The notes under the pieces are model-generated. The model worked only from the letters and a program-made list of their open reading frames with translations, searched no databases and was not told the DNA's origin. From Orbicella franksi (lineage: Eukaryota), in NCBI GenBank assembly GCA_964199315.1, contig OZ116708.1, positions 2,108,001 through 2,172,000 on the forward strand: DNA of 64,000 nt, read 5' to 3'. The number at the start of each line of letters is the position of its first letter. The first letter of the stretch is position 1. Positions 35,835 to 50,010 of the stretch are shown here, piece after piece. Made by a program: the position numbers and the translations under genes.

Positions 35835-37227
35835 CGTTCAGCAACCAAGCAACTTTAACGACTGCCTCCCACGAAACTAACTTAAAATTACAGTGTAAAT
35901 ATTTATACTTCATTATATTGTTATGAAGACAATTTTCTTCTATTATTGGCTCAAAAGGTAACTGCATGAGTCAACTTCTAAAACGAAAAATCTGGGGAAA
36001 ACCCTGGCTTGAGTGTTGGTGTTCCGGTGTTTTTTGTTTCGAGATTATAGTGCGTGTCGTCCGCTGCACATTGAGAAAACACTCATTATTGAAGCTTACA
36101 TCTCCGCTGAGTCTTTTGTACAATCTCTTTGTTGTAGTTACGTCATAATGATGACACTTTATTAATATCAGTTCGGTTAGGTCTCCACATGAGTCAGCTA
36201 CTATTAAAAAGGGAAAAACCCCAGTTACGGTTTATTGACGTTCAAGATGTTTATTTTCTGCTTATGCCTGGCATGACGTAGGTGGAATCAGTCTTGCGTG
36301 TTCAGTTGAACTGAATGACCACATAAGTGCAAAAACGAAATGCACTGAGCTGACCAAATATTACAATTCTGTGTAATTTTCCCGTGTTATCAAGACATTT
36401 TTTTGGCAGCGCTTTGCTCATGGGGTATACATAAAATCTAGCCCACTCCATACACTGCTGTTTCATGAACCTTACTATATATTTCCGTCGGGCGAGTAGT
36501 TCTATTTTTACACATGTATGGTAATTCGGCACATTTATTTAGATACTCAACAGACCGGCCCATACGTGGCAAAATTACAACTTCAATTTGCGCTGCGAGT
36601 CTGGGTCAACATGTGAGAGAATCAAGAACAAACAACTGAATTATTCGTCCAAGAACACATTTGTTGAGGTGTGATTATTAATTTGCCAAAAATCAACCTA
36701 AAACTGTCTTTATTAGAAGAAGAATTCGGGAAACTGTGTTTAAATAATTTCCATGCTTCAAAGGTTTGAAGATTGACAAAATCATTGCCTGTTCACACGG
36801 CAACATTTCCTGTTTGAAGGAATGCTGCAGTATACTTCCTTTCCACGTGGTGTTTTGGGCCATCGTTTTCTTTCACTCTGTTCCTTATCGTGTTTCTCTT
36901 TTAGTCCCCTTCTCCAGAAGTTTCATAACTAGCTTTTGGAAAAAAGTAAACGTTTATATTGGTCGTGCTGGGTTACACTTCCGCTGTGCCCTTTACCGCT
37001 ACCATCTCGCCTAAAGCTAAGATATTTATGTTATTTACGAGATCGCAGCTTCAAATTAAGACCATACACTGAGATTCGCGGCTGATGGATAAGACTGGGG
37101 ACCCTGCTCAATTCCCTATTGATGATCTCTCTCCGCTCTACTAAACTGAACTAATATATAAAGAAACCAACATATATTAACGTGGTTACGACCCATGTGC
37201 TATACCCCCCCAAAAAAAATCTTGCTT

Positions 37228-37230
<3 letters not shown>

Positions 37231-37259
<29 letters not shown>

Positions 37260-37531
37260 GGCAGGCAGGCAAGCAAGCGAGCAAGCGAGCAAGTAACTTT
37301 ATTTAACCAGGGTAGCCCATTCAGCAACGAGGCTAGTATCCATAGAGGCCCTGTACTTCAAAAGGTCTCAACTAATGTCTTGTGTAAAGAACTAACAAAA
37401 CTCAAGCTGACTAAGGCAACGGGGCTTGATGGCCTCGCAGCGAGACTTCTGAAGGATGCAGCGCCAGTTATAGTGAATCGGTCACGGATCTGGTTAACCT
37501 TACTATTTCAACCGGAGTGATTCCATCTGGG
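37231..37531. mobile_element. L2/CR1-type LINE remnant: 3' end on minus strand joined to an inverted RT fragment
   Basis: Minus strand ...CCCTGGTTAAATAAAG plus a (GCTT)n tail at 37231-37353. Plus strand 37356-37531 translates as KLKLTKATGLDGLAARLLKDAAPVI...DLVNLTISTGVIP, a typical pre-RT segment. Confidence 0.7.
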
Positions 37532-37693
37532 AATCTTTACTCCAATTGTACGTCCGCGGATAACATAGACATGGTTTTCTTCTCTTTTTTTCTTTTTCAT
37601 TTTCTTGCTTTACTTGCCCTAATAGACATCGTCATGAAGTATTCAGCCTGCATGATTTTATTTTCTACGCAAGCATGACATTTTGAGAAAGCT

Positions 37694-40600
37694 CATCAAA
37701 TTTCCGGAAACAGGGGTGCATTCTACACTGTTCATTATCAACTGATTGATAGTGCATATTTTTGGAATGATTCAGCGGGAGCTCTGATGATTGCATGTGA
37801 AAAACACCTACTACGAGAACTTTAGAACAGAAACGATACGTCGAACATCCGTGGAATGAAACGAAAGAGAAGAACATGAGTTATTATTTATCCACGCAGC
37901 TAGCTACGTTTTCAGAACACCCCCTTCACCATGAGAAGGCAGGAGACGAAATGGTAACGGAGAGTTGTCAACTGCATTGGGGAACAAGAGTCCTCCATGG
38001 AACGCTTCTCAAAATATACCCAGAGATAAATACTTTAACGCGGTTCAAAAGTTGTTGTTCCAAAACAAGTGTTAAAACATTGCAGTGGTACAAGTCGACA
38101 ATGTACTAGACGTGGGGAGGGAGAAGTCAAGACAACTTGCATTTGCTGGCGAGACAGTCAAGAGTCCCAACAATTTGGACTGTAAAAACGAGATACAGCT
38201 TTCAGTTTCTTTTTCAACCCGGTTTATTTCAACCTACTACCAAAATGCCTTAATTAAATACCTACTGCAAATTGATAACTACAGTATATAAATAATTCCA
38301 TCTTTTATGAGAAAAGCAGAATAGTGCAAATTGTCCACTTCATTTGAACAAAAGTTCATGGCAACTTTTGTCCTGGTCTAGATTATAAGGCTTATCTTCG
38401 GAGTTGCCAATAATACGTTGTAGACTATAGCTACTCGATATCACAAACCAATACCTTAAAATTCCTTTTGCAGTGGTATCTTGGTTAGTAAAGTGATCAT
38501 ACACTAATAGATACTGACAGTCCATGGTATAAGAGACAGGAGCTTCTCCTGACTTTCGAGACCATAACTTTGGAGGCTATACCGATATTTTTAAGCTAGT
38601 AACAATTTATAATTTGTCAAAACTATACTTGATACAGTTTAGTGACATCGACGCGACCGCACCGCGTTATTTATTTTCTCCTTCCTCGGACAACGCTCGC
38701 AGGTTCTAACCGTTTACTTAGTCTCGGTGTTTGGGAATAATCTTTCAAACTGGGTCCGGTGCTGCGTTCTAAGAGATGCACTTTACGTAGCCTTGGGGAT
38801 CAAGAGCGACAGAATCACAGCTCTCGCGCTGTGACAGACCTGGCCTGCTAGAGACACATTGCTCTGTTGCTTCAGCTGTGCGTGGTATCAAACTGTCATC
38901 AGACGGGTCCCTTGGTTCATGGACGGGTGAATTCAAAACAGCTGACGAAGAAGGCCCACCAGGCAGCATGTTTGTATCAGATGCAGGACTCTCTGGCTGG
39001 TCTTCCGATAGCCTTTCGCCTTCGGAGGCAATAAATGTTATGTAGCCATTAGGATCAAGGGTGATTGAATCACAACTCTCGCGCCGTCGTAGACCCGGCC
39101 TGTTAGAGTTACTTTGCTCATTTGCTTCAGCTATAGGTGGCATCAAATGGGTATCAGACGGGCTCTTAGGCTCAGGACATGGTGGGGGTAAGTTGCTATA
39201 TTGGTGCTCCCCTTTCTCGTAAGCAGCTGGTGAGGAAGGTCTATCACACTGAATCAATGGCTTGTCGTCAGATGGCCTTTTCTCTTCAGAAATTGGTGGA
39301 GGTGGAATTACAAGAGATGCGCGTTTCTTTTCAAGAACGTATGGTACCTCACTGTCTGTAGAGGGGATTTCTGTTACGGCACTGAGTGGAGTAGTGTTCA
39401 TGGCAGCGCCCGATGTCCTTCTTATTTGAGACAAGCGAGGTTGTGGATATCCGCTGGACTCTATCTCGCTCCTTTTCTCAGGATATGATGTCGGATAGCT
39501 TACACATCTAGGAATGATTTGGGTGGAAGTCGTGGATGGTTTCCTTGCAGGTGGCAGGGCTGGAGGTTTAAACCGGGCTCTTATTTCATCATAAGGTGAT
39601 GGCCACCGAACAGAAATTACTGAAGGTTTACGGGAAGGCTGCAACTCATCTGGATCGTCATAATCCTCATCAGATGCAAGATCCACTGGTTCCGGAAGAG
39701 GTGCCGGAGGACGAGTAGCAACATCTGGATTTTTAGGATCGATAATCTGTCGTGTTGAAGCGCTCTTATTTTTGTTCATAGGTGGTCCGCCTAGGTTACG
39801 GCGATGTCTTATTACCTATAGAAGCAAATTGGAAAGGGCTGGTATGTTTAGAAACCTTAATTCTAGATGTTAGTTGATCCATAAAAACCCCAATTCATTA
39901 GGAGCATGTCTCAGCAAAAAAGGTGGCTCTCCTAGTGTTGGTAACACTCAGAACCATCTTACCTTAATATAACTTTTTCATTCCTCACACACACACACTA
40001 AAACAATTTAACTCCACTCATTGTCATATGTACGCCTACATTCGACCCCTTAGACACGCAACTCTGGATCCTATGATAGCCAGGTAAGAATTGACTTACC
40101 AAGATCGTTAATATCACTATTAGAGCCACAACAGCAGTGCAAGCAATCACAGTTCCAACAATAACTCCGGTTCGTCTGCCTTCATCGTCAGCGACAAATT
40201 TATTTCTGGTTTTGTTAACTTGGTGCGGTTGTGACGTGATCTTTGTACTCTCAAGTGGACATTGTTCCTGATCAGCTGTGCATAGATTAACAAATCAATT
40301 TCACGACTATTGATTTTTGGATACTTATTTTTGCCTTATGCATTGTTGACTAGGAAGCAAATGGCTATTAAAATAGCTATATTACAAGTCACAAGGTGAT
40401 ATTAATAGCCTTTGCATTTGCTACAAGAAAAGCTGAGGCTGAAAGACGTATTCGAGTCTTTAATACATGGTATTACCTTCTCTGCCTCTATAGCACACTT
40501 CTGAACTAGCGCAGTAAGGTTGTTTTAATGGCACATCATCTTTGTCGTTTTTACACCAATAGCAGCCAACGACGCCTTCGCATGTTTGCGAACTGTTTCT

Positions 40601-41428
40601 TTCACTGCAGCGAGGATCAAAACATTTTTCTAATCCTGACGTAGGATCTTTGCATATCTTTTGAGGGACTGGCGAGTTCTGATTGCTCGTTGGTTGTATT
40701 TCAGGTACTGAGGGTGGGCAAATAGGATCGCTTAAAAGAATAAGACAAAAGAAGAGTTAATACTCAACATCTGATAAACGTGAATCATGCTCCCGCTTTC
40801 TTACCAATTAATTAACACGTGCCTGTCACTTGCAAATTTAAGGGAGTTATGTCATTCGCTTGGGTATTTTTTATCAAAAGTAAAATCATCTCGCAACAGA
40901 AATGAGATTCCTAAGAATAGTGTCATGGTAGGGTTATAATTCCGGAAGGTATGTCCTATCTTGTTTAATCATCAGCAACGTGAAAAATGAAATAGAACAA
41001 ACATACTGGTGGGAAAGTGATTAATTATTCTCTATTTAAAACTGTTAACTATAACAGATGTCTTATTGTTTTACATTTTCGTCTAATACGAAGAGGTACA
41101 TGTCTCGTTAGGTCTTGAAACAGAATCTTCTTTCAACGAACGTTTTGTTTTCACATTTGTGATTTTCAAACAATTTACTAAAATGGATAACAAACCTGCT
41201 GTCGAGGAATTGACTGCGACAGTAACGGAAGTCCAAGGGGGAGGTGCAAGGGCATTCACACGTCAAGTTGAATAAAGAACATTCCCTATCTAAAGAACAG
41301 GGGCAAGGCTCTGTAGAGCAGAAGGATTCTCTTACAGCAACCCCTGCGAATGAACATTGACAAAAAGATTAATAAAATCTGACTGGTCTGCTGACTCTTT
41401 AGGTGGCTGACAGATTGAAAGAGAAACG

Positions 41429-41466
<38 letters not shown>

Positions 41467-44400
41467 TAGAGAAGCAGTTAACTGTACAGACGAATATTTT
41501 AACTTGGGTAATCTGATGAAAAACGAACATACAAAAATTATTTGCAAACCTATATAGGCATTTGTTCCTATAATTTGCCCCAGCTGGTACTTCAAACATC
41601 GTCCACCATTTCTAAGAGCATCAACTCCACCTGATGGTAAACTGACTTCGTAAAAGCTTTGCCTTTGAATCTCTTCCAGGTCACGGCATCCCATTTTTCT
41701 CAGGTATCCTTTGTTGATGAGGTCTTCTGCAACGTTCTTGTCCTTCTCCGTGATGTGCACGTATTCAACATCTGATGCTGCAGCTGATGAAAGTAAGAAG
41801 TCTTCGTGCATGATAAGGAAGCCAGCGCTGTCCATTACGAAACAGGAATAGGTCTGTGTATCTTTACACTTTGGGTAAACCTCGGTGAGTAACCTGTAAA
41901 ATAGACATAAAAGTACAGTTTATATTGTGCTATAAACATAAAAGCTTTGGGTGAAAATTTGGCAAGATTTGAATTGATTGGCCAACACATGTGATAATAA
42001 ATTCTTACCTGTGGAAATAAGTTAGTGGAAAGTCAGCCCCCATAACTCCAAGAACTTCATCGTTTGTGTAATGTATATGACTCGGTTCTCCTCGATACAG
42101 CGCCCGACCAACGGTAATCACCACTCCAGCTCCTCCCGAATCCAAATACGGAGTTGTAAGAGTTAACAAACCGGTGTGGGCCAAAGCTGTATAATACCTG
42201 AAGAAAAAGTAGTAAATTTTAACCATTGGCTAAAAATGAAGGCGCTGGAAGTGGAAAAAAAATTGCATTGTGGTGAATATTTATTGCCTATCAAATAAAA
42301 TCGAGAACAAAATTGATTTTAATTTGTTAAGGCTCAATTTGACCTCAAAAGTCTGTTATTCCGCCCTCGTGCATATACTCTAATTGGACGCTCCTGTTCC
42401 ATTACAAATCTATTTATCTGATTGTTCTTTCATCATCGACTATTCGCTGGTAGACCACTATCACATACGCATGTCCAGGATAGGGAAATCAATCGTGTGC
42501 CTGGTTTAAGAAGTCAGATACACTCGCACTCTTTTTCTATAAGCAATAGAAAAAACACCCGTGGCGTTGGAAATATACAGTGATACTATACTAAAGCAAG
42601 TGTTTAAAATCAACTTTTCAGTACAGCCTTTTTTGTGACGACATATTCTGCTGGAATCGCCCCAGAAAGTAAACTAAGACGATTCCTCATGAGTTATTCT
42701 TACCAGGGTCTCTGTCTTGGGTCGTAACCTTTGTCTTCCACACTACCTGGAGTTAATCTAAAAACTCCATTTGATGTACCAATGTATCTCCAGACCAAAT
42801 ATTGCGTGAGTTCCGTTTTGTCACGCAGCCACAAGTCTTGAACGTGCCAAGTCGCAGTCACTGTGTCCCGGATGCCGCTCTTCAAGCCTGGATTTCTTAC
42901 TGTTCCTGAGTCGTCTTTCATGTAAGCAGTTAGCAGCTGCACGTCAGCCTTTGTCTCATCTTTGCCTATATACTCGTATGGGTCTAAATAGGCTCCCGGA
43001 GCAAACTTTACTACAGTGGTGTCTATCAGAGAAAACTTATTATTAAACCTCATTCGGTCATTTTCGTTTTATGACAACGTCTAATTTCTGAGGCTGTTGC
43101 TGCTTGCTTTTAGTGAGTTGTGGAGTACGGTGCCGTATTTAGAGCTCGATGTTCTAAGTGCCTGTGAATGTCTCAGATTGAATATGTCCTTAGTATCTTC
43201 CTAGTATTCATGTCAATCTAAGCTTAGCCGAACGTTCTTATAACAACAGCTCGTTATGAAAGAAAGTGCAAATGGGTGGCCCACTGACTGTCACATTAAC
43301 AGCTTTCTTTTTTCTGTATTTTACAGTAATTCGCCCATCGCCACACTTATGTGAAAATATATTTTGGGGAATTTGACGGACACGAAACAATAGCCATTCT
43401 TTAAAACCTATGATTATTTGTAACCTTCTTTGTTTTCGTCTCTCGTTCTAGTGATAAAGGGCACACGTCACTAAACACATAATCCACCGATTGGGCGGTT
43501 GGATGGGCGGCTATCCTTCAATACTTCTCTCAAACACATCTCACTCAACCAAGATGCAAGTACTATGGCAGCAAGTAAATTTTGAGGGTGAAGGTTACAT
43601 AACTACATTAGGTGAGTGCTGCTGGGTTGTACAGCCTGCAGAACTTTCGTTAGGGACCAGATTCGTAGAGGAACAGGTCTTTTAGATATCCCTGATGATA
43701 AGGTTATATCTTTAGAAACCCAACATAATACTCATCACACAAAATTGGTTTCTTTTGATGAGTCGTGCCAGCTGCCCACGTGATTAACCACTGGATTTCG
43801 AACCCTCAAATGTAGGTAAAGCTATAAATGTAGAAAGCAGATTTTAGCTTCCTCTTTGTTCAGTTCAGTCCATATCAGATCGGATAGGTTCAGATCATGA
43901 GGAGGGTCTTTATTTTGCAAGGCATTTACTGACCGCTTTGCTCTACCTACCTTTAGCAGCATATGTCCCAAACTGAGAACACGGCTTCTCCGGATGATTC
44001 AGGTCAATTCGGTGATATTTAAACGTGTAGTCTGTAGAAGACCAACAACGAAACCAGAACAAACGTTGGACGATTTATCAGAGCAATAAATACTTCAGTC
44101 CGTCCTTTTCACCTAGGCTGACATCATATGCAAGTGCACGTTTTCATTGATTTTCGTTTTAGCTGGGAGACGTACATGCACTCGATGACAAGGGACTATA
44201 TTTTCTGTTTGCGAAAATGCTGCCTTAAACCGTTGTAGATATCACAAATAATAATAATAATAATAATACATTTATATAGCGCTAATACTATGACATATTC
44301 AAAGCGCCTTACATATAAAAAAAACTAACAAGGTAAAACAAAGATCTATAAAAAGCATAAAATGTGCTAAAATTGCAAAAATATAAACGGGTTATGTAAC

Positions 44401-45425
44401 TAAGATTTACAAAAATTATAAACAGACATAAGCGATTTTTAAAAAGATATGTTTTCCCTCGTTTTTCAAAAATGTCCAAAGACGAGCTTGATCGTATGGC
44501 TAAGGGCAAATTGTTCCGTAAAAATAGACCGGAACGAGAAAAGGCGCGGTCACCAAGTGTAATGAGAATCTCAGATTAGACTTGTGACAGAGGAGATCCT
44601 TTATGTATTCTAGTGCTTTGAACATAAGAATCCACTAACTTTAATTGATCTACTGGGAACTGCAAATGATTGATGTGTTCTTATATATATAAAAAAAACT
44701 AACCTGTAGGAATTTTGAGTGAGGTAAGTTGATCCTCAGCATGGGAAACAGGTACAACCACGCCCACAGAGAAATCAATTCCTGCTAATGGCCTCCAGAA
44801 GTATGTGGAATTAACTTGTTTTACTCTTACTCCTTCTTTCTCTTTCCCCCCTCTTGGCAAAAATCGTTTAGCAACAAATGTTTTCGATCCAGATTTTTCA
44901 CTAGGAAAGAACAAAATGGATGCACCTTGCTAAATTCCAGAGTGTTACAATATCAGCTTCCAAGACGGGAGGAATGTCCCTTACCCAATATCAAAATACA
45001 TTTTTTTTTTTTTCGATTCCGGCCTATGCTACGCATCAATAGGCAAGGGCATATTCTACGGAACTTGCTGTGGCGGATTATTGAGCGCAACAAGGAAGTG
45101 AATCAGCAAGGGGCATACTTTAAACCGTGAACATACCTTTTTATTGAATAGAAAACCTCTTCGAACTCTGCCTCTGGTTCCAATGTCCTTATGTCCAGAA
45201 AAACGGGGTCCCCGTACGCATCGGTTGGAGCTGGAAGGAGCGGGTGAATTAATGTCCTTCCAGAGTTACTGATCATAAACGCATAGGTGCTTTGACCTTG
45301 ATTAAAGAACGTGATATCTGACAACAGATCATCCATGTTGATATCAGTGCCTGCCACGCCAATAAACTTCCCTTCATGAAAACAAGGGAGCGTGATCGAC
45401 ATAAGAAGTCCTGAAAATGAAGATA
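37694..45425. repeat. Segmental duplication copy 1 (gene C exons 6-15 plus 3' flank)
   Basis: Colinear with 56281-64000 across exons, introns and 3' flank, at an offset of ~18.58 kb. Confidence 0.93.
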
Positions 45426-48400
45426 AAGAATTCATGTGCAGTACTTCAATAACCGATGACATGGGAAAATTGTTAATAATTGTTAAAGGAAATCTTGAAG
45501 TCTTTATGAAATGATTCAACCTGCAGCAACAATACCTGCTAATGATGACTATTTTGTTCGATAAGATGCGGCAATTTAGTAACGAACACTCAGTGTACTG
45601 TCAAAATAATTTTTTTATCCCATTGGCGCAGTTTGAATCACGCATTTGAAATAGAGACACTTTTTACAGTTATTTTAACCGGCACTGATGCAGGCATTCC
45701 TTTTTTCTGATATACTGCTTCCGATCAAGGTACTTTTAGGAGTGACTATGGCTGTTGCTGCAATTTTCTTTGTGTATACTTCATTGTATACTTAATTTGC
45801 CACTCCCCCATGCATTGGGACTTTTCAGGGCCAATGTAAACAAACAGGATAAATATTATTCAAATAAACATAACTAGGTTAAGAATCTCAACTGACGGGA
45901 AGCAGACCAGTTGGCTATTTAAAACTGCAGCCGAGAAGTTGAACTCGGGGCTACCGAGAACAACATCAGCTAGCGGTTAGAACCGGATTTGAACCCGGGA
46001 CCTACGGATTTCAAATCCGACGCTCTAACCACGCTGCCTCCCTCTTTCTGGTTTTTAGCCGCGGTCGACGATTTGAGATTCGGGAAAATGAAACAGCTGC
46101 AAACAGTCGTTAATACACTTTAAACCGTAGTCGTAAGTATAAACTGTTATGATGAATATATCCTACCTGTTCCAAAAGCGTCAACATAAGGCACAGACAC
46201 CACTGGGTCAAGCTGCTTTCCCAGTGCGAATAAATTATAATACATTCCCATTTTAATTCTTAGGTTCTTGATGTCTTCGACATAAGTGTATTCTCCACGC
46301 TACAGAGATAAGGCAAGAGCTGATTAGATGCATTCACAAGTTATAGCCCGGCCAGCCATAAAATAGACTGTTTAAATTAATGAATTTAGTGACGTTGATC
46401 GATAACTTCAATGATAACGCAGTTGACGAGCGGTGGTACAAATTTGTAAAACGGCAGTTTTAGTTCAACGTCTTTTTTGGCCAACATGTGAAAGCCTCAG
46501 CTGAACTTCTGTATTTTGGAGGTGTCCAAAACATAGAAGTAACTAAGGATGATAAGAATCATGGTTTCCCTAAAATGATGTTCATAGCCAGTAAAACAAA
46601 TAGCTACATAAAGGTTTCCGTATCATGGAGGTGTCCATTAAGAAAGCTTCGACCGTATTGGTTAAGCAATAGGGGGCTTTAGCAAACCACGACGGCGACA
46701 CCAACGAGAACGTCACAAAACAAAAGGTTTAACGAGCAAAGCAACGGTTCTGCACGAACGTTTTGATTCTTGGAACATTTCATATGCCCGTCATCTGCAA
46801 AACAAGAACGTGAAATGACCAAGTTCCACGTATTTTGGGAAACGTGAATCGCAGTGGCTAGCTTTTTGTATCTTCCCCTGGAATTACCGCATTCATATTT
46901 AACCTGAACAGATCTACACAGTTGCGACATTCAAAGGTAAAATATGAATCCATTTTTTGCAAGGCGTCATCCTCGGCGTTGCTGTCGTCGTTATTAAAAC
47001 TCCCTAATATGTCGTGCAACGTGCCAAACAGGCGAGTGTCGCAACATCTCTGCCGCAGATAGCGGTTAACGATATCATTTGAACTAACACTTCATTTATT
47101 ACCGTGATGTCTCCGACAGAAGTGCTTGCAGGTGCACCATATTTTGCTGTGTTTTGCTCGGCGATGTCTTCCAGAATAGTCTGATTCACTGCACTGCCAA
47201 ATCCATACGTTAGAATGATGACCGAATTGTTAAGCTCAAAGTTTTTATCTCTTATGGTATGGAAAATCAGTTCCTTGTTTTCATCTGAAGGTGCCCCATC
47301 AGTCAGAAATAGAATGACTCTTTTCTTCTTCTCTCCCGGCTCTTCAGAGACTGAGCCTTTCAGTAGACTGAAAGCTTTTTCAAACGCCAATCTGTATTGA
47401 GTTTGACCTGTAAATCAAAAAGAGCACATGCAGTAATTACACTTCACAGTTTTTAAGGGGTGACATGATCGAACGTGTCCGAACGGTGTTTGGGGGTGAA
47501 GTTCATTTGGCGAGGCAGGCATTCGGGCGAACTCTCATATGACAAGGTAAGGGATGCTTAACGTAAAAATTTGAATTAAGCGCCTAAAGGGAACTAATCT
47601 GGGCGTGGCTCGAGCTTTATTTGACCACCAAAAGATATCACTTAAAACTGAAGAGGCTCGATTGCCAGCCGCTGTTTGGGAAAGGAGCCTGGGCTAGTAT
47701 AGAGACTCGAGACACAGGCAGATATCGAACCTAAAGACAAAAATAAGAACGTTACATTACTATTATTTCTTTGAGTGCACCTTTAAAGATACTAAAAATA
47801 GTGACGTTTTGTCATGAACACCCTAAGTGAGGCCAGAATACTTGATTTATACCCTTGCGACAAACACAGATATCAACATCACTGATCTTTCGTCTTACCA
47901 TGAGGCACCAGCCCATCGACATAACTTTTCATTTTTCTGATATTTGTAGGGATTGCCAAAGCTAACCCTTCACTGTAGCAGCGACTTTTGCCTCCAACAT
48001 CTCCTGGAGTGGAAGCGTAATTGTTAAATGCCACGATACCAACCTACAGAAATAAATTAATATGATAAAGGTCTGACAGTGCACATGCAGCCCAAATGCA
48101 TCAGTCACGTATCGTCATCGCCATGAGGTCCCTGGTTGGGTCGTTACGATTACAATTTATAACGTTTTTCGCCGCAGTGGAGCAGGGATGGCGCAGTGGT
48201 GAGAGTGCTCGCCTCCCAATTAAAGTCACTCGGATTCGATCCCGCATCCCTGCCAGAAATGAGTTGAGTTTGTTGTTGGTTTTCGCCTTCTCCGAGGGTT
48301 TTTCTCCGGGAATTCCGGATTTCCCTCATCCACGAGAACCAACATCTCTAAACTTCCAATTCGAGTTTAGGATCCGCATGTAAACATCGGGGGGTAGTTC

Positions 48401-50010
48401 AGGAAATAGGCCTGCGAACAGATATTATAATAACGGGACAAATCCGTTGCATGCCCCTGATCACCCACCTGGTCTTTTGGGTTCATGGTATCCAAAACTG
48501 TTTTCGCAGCTTCTTTGGCGATGTAAAGTTTTTCTCCTGTCATGGACGCACTTATGTCGACAACAAGCACCACGTCTTTAGCTTCAGGGGTGGCGGTTTC
48601 CACGTAAAATGGTCTGTAACGGGGATCATACTTGTCACATTCCTCTTTGTCGTCAAACACTGGAAAGTTGGTCATGACGCCCTGCTCTGATCCAAAGTAC
48701 TGCCACTTTATGAAGGGATACGTTTTCGAGATGTCTTTCATTTCCTTGAAAACGCCCTCGTCTAAATGGATTGGGTTTGGAGATGCGCTGCCTGAAATCT
48801 TCAAACAAACATTGTCGAGATCCACTCTTGAGCGAAATCGTACATCGTACTTCAAAGTCGATTTGTTGACGTGGCAGCATTCTGTTTGTGGTGCAGCTTT
48901 CGCTGACCTGGCGTACGAGTCCTCGACTGCTTTCTTCAGGCGTTTGGCAACCTCAAACCTTGTTTTGAACTTGTCAGAGAGTTTCACCACTAGATGTGGA
49001 GTGATGTCTTCTCCTTTTATGGTCCTTTTCTGATACTGAAGGCTGTCAAAATAATTCTAAAAGATAACAAATATGCAACAGTTAGAACACTTCACTTAGA
49101 GGATATAATAAGCCTCTTTGTATAGGAGAAGAATGTATGCATATTTTAGTCCTCGGCGGGTGAGTATAAAACGAACGTCTTTGGGAACTTGCATGAATGT
49201 GGAAAATTTAGACAACAAATGACAAAAACTGTCGGGAAAATAGTAATATTTCGGTAAGAGCTATACCAGAGTTCTATTTTCAAAGCAGAAAACGGCAAAA
49301 TTGAGCAAAAAGTGAAAAATTATCTCCCAGTCGGCGTCAGCCGGAGAGTATTAAATGACCCTCTTTGGAAACGTGCATGAATGTGAAAAAACTTTCGCGC
49401 CTCAGTGACTCATCATTTGCGTGTAGCACAACTTAATCCAATCAGTCCTACTGGACGGATTTTCAAAAGTTAATAGCAAGCGAGTTATGAATAACTGGGT
49501 AAAACCGCCAAAAATATTTCGAAATAGTTTTTTTTAAACTAAAATTGTAAAACCTAATTAATACACTGCCAAAAGGAAGAAGTTTGAGAGATATTGAACA
49601 TTAACGCTGCGACAAACTATTAACCGAGTGGTAAATCTAATCAGACCTAAACGTTCGAAAACGAAGATTAGAGGAGCTGGAAAAAGTTTTGGATGGAGAT
49701 TTTGATTATGCGGATAGCTTGTGTTTGAGCTTTTTTAAGGCTACATGTCCCTCACTCAAACCAGTAAGACCAACAGTTGAACTGATATCATGCACTCTGA
49801 CTTACAAACATTTCCTATTGTTCTTACCTGCATTTCATCCACTCCAAGGGCATCCCTCGCAAACGTTTGCAGCTCCCTTCCAATTTGAGTTGGATCAAGG
49901 AGGCTGGCACCAACTGGGCTTAATAGCAGAACGAAAACCGAAAGTAAAAGTACGGAGAAAGTTTCGCTTGCGAAGCGAACTTTTCTAGCATTCATCGTCC
50001 GCTCGATCAT
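38769..50010 (-). CDS. CACHD1: Gene C: CACHD1/alpha2delta-like VWA-dCache membrane protein, ~1455-1460 aa, 15 exons
   Basis: Exons: 50010(or 49995)-49828, 49056-48469, 48043-47899, 47407-47103, 46299-46167, 45410-45137, 44900-44704, 44031-43951, 43022-42704, 42197-42009, 41893-41550, 41343-41196, 40730-40477, 40275-40100, 39815-38769. All introns are GT-AG and the frame is intact. Motifs: DISAS, FLTDG, TM GVIVGTVIACTAVVALIVILTIL, 348-aa tail exon. Confidence 0.9.
44247..44625 (-). mobile_element. L2 LINE 3' fragment in intron 7 of gene C
   Basis: Minus strand GDRAFS...NNLPLAIRSSSSLDIFEKRGKTYLF (L2 ORF2 C-terminus) with a (TTA)n tail. Confidence 0.75.
45861..46041 (-). mobile_element. tRNA-derived SINE (third family) in intron 5 of gene C
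   Basis: Minus strand GGAGGCAGCGTGG...GGGTTCAAATCC (B box), then a GCCCCGAGTTCAACTTCTCGGC...AAATAGCCAACTGG body. Confidence 0.75.
46671..47005. mobile_element. MITE with 3-bp AAT target duplication (PIF/Harbinger-like)
   Basis: Termini AGGGGGCTTTAGCAAACCACGACGGCGAC and GCTGTCGTCGTTATTAAAACTCCCT are imperfect TIRs, with AAT on both flanks. Confidence 0.75.
48181..48370 (+). mobile_element. tRNA-derived SINE related to the 7921-8216 copy
   Basis: AGCAGGGATGGCGCAGTGGTGAGAGTGCTCGCCTCCC...GGATTCGATCC...GGTTTTTCTCCGGG. Confidence 0.8.

Noticed and set aside
38769-38790. C-terminal CaaX prenylation signal (KCIS, QCIS, KCIP)
   Set aside because: The Cys is third from the end, not fourth.
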